Source: Candidatus Versatilivorator sp.
Lineage (GTDB): Bacteria; Acidobacteriota; Terriglobia; Versatilivoradales; Versatilivoraceae
Length of the DNA stretch: 64,000 nucleotides
Reading direction: 5' to 3'
Assembly: GCA_965207735.1 (NCBI GenBank)
Contig: OZ242296.1
Span: forward strand, 704,001 to 768,000
Part shown: positions 30,798 to 37,622 of the stretch, piece after piece
How positions within the stretch are numbered: the first letter of the stretch is position 1
How the letters are laid out: every line of letters starts with the position of its first letter
Made by a program: the position numbers and the translations under genes
Notes under the pieces: model-generated
Told to the model about the DNA's origin: nothing
Databases searched by the model: none
Seen by the model: the letters and a program-made list of their open reading frames with translations, nothing else

Positions 30798-33260
30798 GTG
30801 ACACGATTCATCTCTACCTGCTCCATGGCGGTTGGGGGCCTTGGCGCATTCCTTCTGCTAGGGGCCGGCTTTCAGCCCCTACAGGCGCAGGATAACGATC
30901 AGATCTATTACTTCCCGCATCTTGCCGTGGGAGCCGGCTGGCAAACCACGATTACCTATATCAACTACTCCCCGGCGGAGGTGACCTGCCAAACCGATTT
31001 CCTCTCCGATGACGGGACTCCGCTGATGGTCTCGTTTGCAGAACTGGGAAGGGTTGTGAGCCGGACCGACGTTCTACCACCCGGGGGGGCGGTTCACCAG
31101 GAGACCAACGTTGAGCTGAGCACTCCGCTTGCGCCCGGCTGGGCGAGAGGCAACTGCTCCGGGCCGGTGAAGGCCAGCCTTCTATTTCGTCGATACAACA
31201 GCGAAGGGGTGCCCATCGGGGAAGCTGCAGTCAATGCGACGACGCTTCCGACCACCGGGTTTGTCACCTTCGCCGAACAGGGAGTTGACCAATTTGGGAC
31301 CGGAGTGGCCTATGCCAACCCTTCAGCCGTAGCGGCCCTCGTCACCTTTACGGCCAGGGACGGGGCGGGGCAGACGCTGGCCAGCGTTAGTCACAGTCTG
31401 CCGCCGGGAGGACATGGTTCGCAAAACATGGTGGATCTTTTTGGTCTCACCAGCTTTAGCGGATCGCTCGAAGTCACTTCCACGGAGCCCATCGTTAGCC
31501 TGTCGCTTAATTTCGAAGCCGATCCCGTCTTCTCCTCTTTGCCTCCAGGTGAACTGGATACTTCCTCGCAGGGATCGGCTACGTATTATTTCCCACATCT
31601 TGCCGTAGGAGCGAGTTGGCAAACCACGATTACCTATATCAACTACTCCCCGCAGGAGGTGACCTGCCGGACCGACTTCATTTCGGATCATGGAAGTCCG
31701 CTGACAGTCTTGTTTCCGAGACTGGGAGCGGTTGTGAGTCGGACCGACGTTCTACCACCCGAGGGGGCGGTTCACCAGGAGACCAACGTTGAACTGAGCA
31801 CTCCGCTTGCGCCCGGCTGGGCGAGAGGCAACTGCTCCGGGCCGGTGAAGGCCAGCCTTCTATTTCGTCGATACAACAGCGAAGGGGCGCCCATCGGGGA
31901 AGCTGCAGTCAATGCGACGACGCTTCCGACCACCGGGTTTGTCACCTTTGCCGAACAGGGAGTTGACCAATTTGGGACCGGAGTGGCCTATGCCAACCCT
32001 TCAGCCGTAGCGGCCCTCGTCACCTTTACGGCCAGGGACGGGGCGGGGCAGACGCTGGCCAGCGTCAGTCACAGTCTGCCGCCGGGAGGACATGGTTCGC
32101 AAAACATGGTGGATCTTTTTGGTCTCACCAGCTTTAGCGGATCGCTCGAAGTCACTTCCACGGAGCCCATCGTTAGCCTGTCGCTTAATTTCGAAGCCGA
32201 TCCCGTCTTCTCTTCCTTGCCTCCGGGTGAAACTCCGGGGCTGGAGAACCGGGAGCTGCACCACAACGTCATAGTGCGCGTTGTGCGAGTGACGCCGGAT
32301 TGGCACGGATACGTCATCCGTGGCGGTTGGCCCAGCGCCGTCCCGGTCAAGGAAAGCGACGTCCTCAAGTACTTCGAGGTCGCCATTTGGGAGGAGACAA
32401 TGTCGATTCACTTCTATGAATTCGACAACGACTTCGATCCTTACGGGTTTGACCGCACGCCCGAGCAAGTGACCGCTCACCGCGAGAGCTACACCATCCT
32501 GCGTGTAGACGGCATGCCCGGTCCCTGGACCGAAGCCAGAAGCCGGTTTATCAAACGGGCGTTCGCAGACTTCGTCTCCATCCTGACGAAGCGGTACCCG
32601 GACTCGGATCACCACCTGATGTACAACGGGCACGGCGGACCGGGAGGTCGGCTCTTTGCCGCACAGCTGACGTATGGCGACGCCGATGATCTTCTAGCGA
32701 ACTGGACCCGTGCCTTGGGCCGGCCGCTGGGTGTGATCGACATGGGAGGCCCGTGTAACAAAGGGTCTTTTTCGGACTTGGAGAACTTTTGTTCGTACGC
32801 GCGGTACTATGTTGCGTCGGATCTGCCCAACGGTGGATACACGATGGACGACTGGACGTACGAGAAATTCCTAGAGACCGATCCAGACTCGCAATACCAT
32901 AGGTTATTTGCCGAAAATTCGACGTTGAAGGAGGCACTCCTTGGCCGCATCGCCATCAAGAGGCGGGCCTACGAGTACTCGCGCATCAACATGACGGAGT
33001 CGAGGACGCAGCAGGCCAACTACCTCTATTCATGTCGGGAATTCGCCAACTTCGGCCCAGCGTTCCGGACGTTCCTGCGCAGTCAGGATGGCGACTACCG
33101 CATCTCCGACGACCTGTACGATTACATGGCCGCACTCAGAGCAGGTAACGATCTTCCCGTACGCTTCGACGATGTCTTCGTGCACCGTGCGGACAACCGG
33201 GATTTCTTTGAGTGGGAGCCTGGCGCCAACGGCATGCTCATGCCGGATCCGACCCGCTAA
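30798..33260 (+). CDS. secreted protein: signal peptide, two tandem ~216-aa beta-rich repeats, and a C-terminal clostripain-like (clan CD) cysteine peptidase domain
   Basis: GGAGG RBS with GTG at 30798 (alternative ATG 30759); LQA|QD cleavage site; duplication 30906-31553 / 31584-32231 (678-bp offset); YPDSDHHLMYNGHGG and LGVIDMGGPC are consistent with a His-Cys dyad. Confidence 0.8.
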   Translation: MTRFISTCSMAVGGLGAFLLLGAGFQPLQAQDNDQIYYFPHLAVGAGWQTTITYINYSPAEVTCQTDFLSDDGTPLMVSFAELGRVVSRTDVLPPGGAVHQETNVELSTPLAPGWARGNCSGPVKASLLFRRYNSEGVPIGEAAVNATTLPTTGFVTFAEQGVDQFGTGVAYANPSAVAALVTFTARDGAGQTLASVSHSLPPGGHGSQNMVDLFGLTSFSGSLEVTSTEPIVSLSLNFEADPVFSSLPPGELDTSSQGSATYYFPHLAVGASWQTTITYINYSPQEVTCRTDFISDHGSPLTVLFPRLGAVVSRTDVLPPEGAVHQETNVELSTPLAPGWARGNCSGPVKASLLFRRYNSEGAPIGEAAVNATTLPTTGFVTFAEQGVDQFGTGVAYANPSAVAALVTFTARDGAGQTLASVSHSLPPGGHGSQNMVDLFGLTSFSGSLEVTSTEPIVSLSLNFEADPVFSSLPPGETPGLENRELHHNVIVRVVRVTPDWHGYVIRGGWPSAVPVKESDVLKYFEVAIWEETMSIHFYEFDNDFDPYGFDRTPEQVTAHRESYTILRVDGMPGPWTEARSRFIKRAFADFVSILTKRYPDSDHHLMYNGHGGPGGRLFAAQLTYGDADDLLANWTRALGRPLGVIDMGGPCNKGSFSDLENFCSYARYYVASDLPNGGYTMDDWTYEKFLETDPDSQYHRLFAENSTLKEALLGRIAIKRRAYEYSRINMTESRTQQANYLYSCREFANFGPAFRTFLRSQDGDYRISDDLYDYMAALRAGNDLPVRFDDVFVHRADNRDFFEWEPGANGMLMPDPTR

Positions 33261-33318
33261 GCCCACGCTACCCAGCAGGCCGAACTCCTCCGACGGCCGT
33301 GATGGACAGTACGGCGCA

Positions 33319-33503
33319 GGAGACGTTGACGGGTTTCGGGAGAGACGCGGATTAGAAGTGGAACACGGTGCGACATAAGATGCACAATAACACATCAAGC
33401 AACAATCAGGTTACAACGCTACACGAGGCCACACTCATCCACCATGAGCGCCAAAGGGCGCCCGCTGGCCTTCCCGCAGGGATCAATGTGGAGGGAGCGA
33501 CCC
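33319..33503 (+). repeat. ~185-bp diverged direct repeat, copy 2 (downstream of cargo gene)
   Basis: Colinear with 30452-30635. Confidence 0.85.
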
Positions 33504-33667
33504 CCACAGGGGAGGGAAGGTGGTGGATTTTGGCGTGCACCACCTAACCCTGCCCGGTGCCGCACCAGCGGTCAAAAAGAGGGGGTCGCTCCCTCCACTT
33601 CCTCCCCCTCCTGTGCGGCGCCACGACGCGCCGTGCGAGGCGGGGACGCGCGGCGCCGGCGCCGCAC
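33488..33667 (+). ncRNA. candidate structured RNA/ssDNA motif, copy A
   Basis: 18-bp perfect closing stem 33488-33505 / 33581-33598 with two internal hairpins, then a second domain closed by GTGCGGCGCC / GGCGCCGCAC. Confidence 0.45.
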
Positions 33668-34165
33668 TACGCTTTGCCACAGAGGACTCGGGGAATCCGT
33701 GCCAACCCGCTTCCAATGCGGGTTTCCGGGCACAACCTGGACCACAACGGCGAGAACTCCGCCCTCTGAGAGAGGAGCGTTGGGGTCGTCAAAAGCATGA
33801 GCCACTTGGTGCGCCACCTGTGTGAGCCACCCCCCGTCTGAAAGGTGGCCACCCATACGACGCCACGTCCTTGACCCCGGGAGGCGGAAATCGTCGATCA
33901 TTTCGCGGCCGTTCGAGGCCAGGTCTTCCTGCTCCCATTGGTCGATCTTCTCCATGACGACACTGAGGCCGTCATGGCGTTCGACGGTGTCCTGACCCCT
34001 GAATCCGCGAGCTTTGTGGGGGGCTGGCTGGACTTTCTCACTCCCTGGCATAGCAGAACACTCCGGAACGCCTCCTGGACCGATTTCCGTCTCAGGGACC
34101 GCAGGGACCGCCGCCTGTGGGGAAACCGGAATGGCCGGCTCGCTCAGCGGTCCTAGGGTCGCCAT

Positions 34166-34335
34166 GCGGAGAGAGCGACCTCCGAGCGGGGGCAAAGGGT
34201 GTCCGGACCCTTGGCCACCTTTGCCCTCCTCCGTGGCGCGCGAGCGCCGAAAAAGGGCGCTCTCACCGCCAGCACCTGTCTCGTGTGGCGCGCTGACGCG
34301 CCGGGCGAGGCGGGGACAGCGAGGCCGGCGCCGCA
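34166..34335 (+). ncRNA. candidate structured RNA/ssDNA motif, copy B
   Basis: Same helix order as copy A with different stem sequences; GCGA tetraloop; 22/23-nt identical core GACGCGCCGNGCGAGGCGGGGAC. Confidence 0.45.
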
Positions 34336-34352
34336 ACGCGTAGTGCCGGGGA

Positions 34353-34430
34353 GCCAGCCTACCCAATGTAATACATTGGGGCTGGCGAGGGGCTCCGCCC
34401 CTTCGAACCCCCGGCCGGGGGAACTCCCCC
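34353..34430. other. oriT-like nested palindromes
   Basis: CCCAATGTA-A-TACATTGGG inside GCCAGC / GCTGGC, next to AGGGGC-TCC-GCCCCT and GGGGG-AACT-CCCCC hairpins. Confidence 0.4.
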
Positions 34431-34440
34431 TTGCCCCCCA

Positions 34441-35721
34441 TCATCCCCCCCGCTCCCTTGTCCCTCTGCCGGGAACTTCGAGCCTGGCTCTCACCCTGGC
34501 TTGCCCCGGGCAACCGATCCCCTGGGCCAGGTAACGCGTCCAGTCGTCCATCAGGACACGCCGGCGCTCGAACAGGTCGGAGCGGGCATAGGCCGCCTCG
34601 ACCCGGTTGCGGACCACATGCGCCAGGGCCGCCTCGATCACCTCCCGGGGATGGTCGGTCTCCTCTCCCGCCCAGTCCCGAAAGCTGGATCTGAACCCGT
34701 GCGGCACGGCTGCAATCCCCTGCTCGCGGACCAGCCACCGCAGCTCCTTGTCACTGAGCGGCTTCCCTTGCCCACGGGTGAACACCAGAGGACCGGCTCC
34801 TTTGCCCAGGGTCCCTGCCGCCTCGAGAATCTCCAGGGCACGGCCACAAAGCGGCACCCGATGCTTCCGGTTCGCCTTCATCCGACTGGCCGGGACGGTC
34901 CATACACCAGCGTCCCGATCAATCTCCTCCCACTCGGCCCAGCGCACTTCACTCCACCTGGCCGCCGTCAGCACCAGGAACTCGAAGGCCAGCTTGACCA
35001 CCTCCGGCGCCGTCGCTGCCTGCACCGTCCGGATGGCCGCAGCCACCTCCCGATGAGGCAAGGCCCGCATGTGCTCGGTAACGTCCTGCTGGGGACCCAG
35101 GACCGGGCCGATCCTGTCGCAGGGGTTGTCAAGGCGGTACTCCATGGCTACGGCCCATTCCAGGACCGCCCGCAGGCGCTGGCGCACCCGCCGGGCGCTG
35201 GAGGCCTTCCGGTGCCAGATGGGGGTGAGGATCTCAAGCAGATCGGCGCTGGTGACCTCGGAGACCGGCATCTTGCCGATGCGGGGGAAGGCGAACCGCC
35301 TCAGGCTGGACAGCCACTCGCGGTGGTGACGCCGGCCGCGCCAGCCGTCCCGCTTCTGTTCCAGCACACGCGAAGCGGCTTCGGCGAAGGTGGGGATGCC
35401 CTCGGCGCGCCGCTTCTCGGCAAGCGGGTCTCCGCCCTCACGAGCGAGCTTGCGGTTAGCCAGGGCCTTCTCCCTGGCCTCGGCCAGGGAGACCAGAGCA
35501 ACGCTGCCGAGACCGAGCTCCCGGCGACGGCCACGGACGACCAGGCGTTGAATCCAACTGCGGGTTCCGGTAGGCTGGACGAAGAGGTAGAGGCCGTTGC
35601 CGTCGGCGTGTCTTCCGGGCGGAGCGGAGCGCAGGAAGGCGGCCGAGAGGGCGTTGCTGGGGTGACGGCCGGTGGGTTTGGTTTTAGGTCGGACAAAAGC
35701 GAAGTCCGTTACAGTAACCAT
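34441..35721 (-). CDS. P4-family tyrosine integrase with N-terminal arm-binding domain
   Basis: DGNGLYLFV..GTRSW..RRELGLG arm domain; catalytic R (TAARWSE), K (RMKA), HGFR, LAH and AAY all present. Confidence 0.95.
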   Translation of the reverse strand: MVTVTDFAFVRPKTKPTGRHPSNALSAAFLRSAPPGRHADGNGLYLFVQPTGTRSWIQRLVVRGRRRELGLGSVALVSLAEAREKALANRKLAREGGDPLAEKRRAEGIPTFAEAASRVLEQKRDGWRGRRHHREWLSSLRRFAFPRIGKMPVSEVTSADLLEILTPIWHRKASSARRVRQRLRAVLEWAVAMEYRLDNPCDRIGPVLGPQQDVTEHMRALPHREVAAAIRTVQAATAPEVVKLAFEFLVLTAARWSEVRWAEWEEIDRDAGVWTVPASRMKANRKHRVPLCGRALEILEAAGTLGKGAGPLVFTRGQGKPLSDKELRWLVREQGIAAVPHGFRSSFRDWAGEETDHPREVIEAALAHVVRNRVEAAYARSDLFERRRVLMDDWTRYLAQGIGCPGQARVRARLEVPGRGTRERGG

Positions 35722-35727
35722 CCCCCC

Positions 35728-35756
35728 ATTATATGGGGGATGGCAGTGGATTGCAA
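35728..35756 (-). promoter_or_regulatory. integrase promoter, probably leaderless
   Basis: TTGCAA-17 bp-TATAAT, with the ATG 6 nt after the -10; lies within the palindrome CCATCCCCC...GGGGGATGG. Confidence 0.7.
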
Positions 35757-35922
35757 GGGATGTTGGTGGCAAGACAAGCCACGGCAGGACTTATATAAGA
35801 CACTCATAACTAAGACCGTTATAGACACTAATGGACGGCGCTAGACATCACTGGATTTTATATGGACGTTGCGGCGGCGACAGCAATCTACTCGACCGCC
35901 GCAACGGTTCCCGGCCGTGGTC

Positions 35923-36046
35923 GTAGGCGTGAAGCCGGCAAAGCCAGCCCACCCCCCTACAAGGGACGCGAATAGGGGACGTTGTTGAATTGCTGGATTA
36001 ACCTTGATCAGCGGCTCCTGAATTGCTTTGATTCAACAACGTCCCC
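35923..36046. repeat. GTAG...CTAC REP-like hairpin plus a 72-bp element with 16-bp perfect IRs
   Basis: GTAGG(35923)...CCTAC(35960); GGGGACGTTGTTGAAT at 35975-35990 and ATTCAACAACGTCCCC at 36031-36046. Confidence 0.7.
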
Positions 36047-36145
36047 AGCGATGCGCGAAAGATTTTGCAAAAGGCTCTTCCGATTGTTTCACACTCGTAT
36101 GATCCGTCCGGCAGGGAGGAGGACCGGCTAACCACTCGCTTGCGG

Positions 36146-36367
36146 TCAGCTTCCTTCGTGACCGTGCGTACGCAGTTCCCGCCGCCAGCGGGCGTAAGCC
36201 GAGATCTCCTTCCACCTCACGTTGCTGAAGCTCTTGTCTCCGTAATTCGTCTCCAATCGCCATCGAAGGTAGTCTTTGGGCGGAAAAGGCAGGAAGGGAA
36301 AGCGGCGATACCAACGTCGGTCGCGGAAGGTCCAGCAGATTCGGATGAGCTCCAATAAGACGGTCAC
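36146..36367 (-). CDS. small basic hypothetical protein
   Basis: WYRRFPFLPFPPKDYLRWRLETNYG looks like a real conserved motif; co-oriented just downstream of the Zn-binding membrane gene. Confidence 0.65.
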   Translation of the reverse strand: MTVLLELIRICWTFRDRRWYRRFPFLPFPPKDYLRWRLETNYGDKSFSNVRWKEISAYARWRRELRTHGHEGS

Positions 36368-36396
36368 GATCTGTCTTTCGAAAAAGAATTTATTGT

Positions 36397-36849
36397 TCAG
36401 GAAAAATCACGCATGGTCCGATCATTGCGGATTTCCTTTTCCAGTCGTTCGGCAAACTGCAGATCATATTCTCTGTGTTCCGGATCCGGACGACAGTCCC
36501 GATACTTGGCGTAGCAATCGTAACAGACGGTCAGCGTGGGAAATCTTCGATAGTGGTGGTCAAATCCCAGCAGACCCGGTACCAGGCTGATTCCATAGGT
36601 CCAGTAAGCCAGCCCCAGTCCCAGCAGCAAGTAGACCAGACCCATCAGCTTCCGTGGTTCCTCCCGTACGTAGAAGTCCTCCCGGCCACAGACTGCACAG
36701 CGGTCAACCCGGTTCTCGGTGAGGTGTGCCCGGGTAAATCGCAGGGGCTGCATCGCGCCGCAGGAGCGGCAGGCCACGGGGACGCCCTTCTCTTGCGGTC
36801 GAGCATGGCATTCTCCATAGCAGCGCCGGCACAGAAAGGTAATTCGCAT
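36397..36849 (-). CDS. hypothetical membrane protein with four CxxC pairs (Zn-binding)
   Basis: CRRC, CRSC, CAVC, CYDC flanking a hydrophobic hairpin; GAGGA RBS. Confidence 0.8.
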   Translation of the reverse strand: MRITFLCRRCYGECHARPQEKGVPVACRSCGAMQPLRFTRAHLTENRVDRCAVCGREDFYVREEPRKLMGLVYLLLGLGLAYWTYGISLVPGLLGFDHHYRRFPTLTVCYDCYAKYRDCRPDPEHREYDLQFAERLEKEIRNDRTMRDFS

Positions 36850-36947
36850 GGTCAATCCTCAACGTCTTCCCTGCCCCGACGTTCCACCCCCGGTCGCACG
36901 GGACGCCTGCCACCGGCATCATCGCCGCCATGTTCCGGGTGTCGTTG

Positions 36948-37367
36948 TCAGATATCCAGAAACACCTGCAAACAATATAGCGACGAGCGCCGGCGGATCT
37001 CGAGCTGGTGGTAGGTGACGGCCTTGACGTCCAGCCGGACGGTATGGCGCCGGCGATCGAACGACTCTCCTCGAACCTGCGCCTCCAGCAGATGGGAGGA
37101 TAACCTCCCGATCTTGAAGTCTCTTGGGGCGAATTTCAAACCGTCGTAGAGGTAGAGCACCTCGGTCAACCACCTGACCAGGAGTTGCTGCCGGTCCCCG
37201 GCCTCGATTCTAACCGGCCTGGATTCCTCCGGTCTAATGGAGTCCGGGTCGACAATCACGGAAATGAGCCCGCGGGCCGCCTGTTCAAAGGCCTCCGAAA
37301 GCGTCTTCCCACGGGCCTCGATCCCCAGGTCGGCGGGATGGTCCAGGATCAGGTAACCGGTTTCCAT
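36948..37367 (-). CDS. archease
   Basis: ILDHPADLGIEARG, LLVRWLTEVLY, DVKAVTYHQL, terminal FLDI. Confidence 0.93.
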   Translation of the reverse strand: METGYLILDHPADLGIEARGKTLSEAFEQAARGLISVIVDPDSIRPEESRPVRIEAGDRQQLLVRWLTEVLYLYDGLKFAPRDFKIGRLSSHLLEAQVRGESFDRRRHTVRLDVKAVTYHQLEIRRRSSLYCLQVFLDI

Positions 37368-37430
37368 GGGCTTTCCGGATCTCTTGAGTCGAACCACCAT
37401 TGACAAATGAGTCAAGGATTCCGGATGTCA

Positions 37431-37543
37431 TTGTAGATTGTGGATTTCTGATTGCTGATTTTACAATCGTCGATTGGCCAGTCACGACAATTGACCGTGC
37501 GGCAAATCCAGAATCTACAATCCACAATCTGCAATCAACAAAT
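37431..37543. repeat. heptamer-based inverted-repeat element, copy 2
   Basis: GATTGTG-GATTTCT-GATTGCT ... AATCCAG-AATCTAC-AATCCAC-AATCTGC; similar core to 13857-13956. Confidence 0.75.
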
Positions 37544-37622
37544 CCTGCCTTGTCGGATTGAGGCGAGGCCTCTCCGTTTTTCCCCCAATCGTCTGCGGTG
37601 CATAGCCTTCCCCGAGGGAGGG

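Larger units (their letters stand above)
30094..35881. mobile_element. integrative element with a P4-type tyrosine integrase, bounded by the 9-bp direct repeat GGCGGCGAC
   Basis: DR at 30094-30102 and 35873-35881; AT-rich att-like arms at both ends sharing ATCCCC(T/C)CATTATAT; integrase next to the right end. Confidence 0.72.

Noticed and set aside
25819-32231. DGR or retron linking the RT to the duplicated cargo gene
   Set aside because: The RT lies within a complete group II intron with domain X. The 678-bp duplication is in-frame coding and its differences are not adenine-specific.
33444-34738. ORFs 33444-33800(+) and 33572-34738(-) as genes
   Set aside because: Low-complexity Arg/Gly/Pro translations over palindromic DNA with no recognisable domain.
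35860-35960. tRNA/tmRNA/6S/SRP gene at the integrase end (minus strand ends ...GTCCA)
   Set aside because: No T-loop, cloverleaf, SRP or 6S 3' motifs; the hairpins are better explained as REP-like palindromes.
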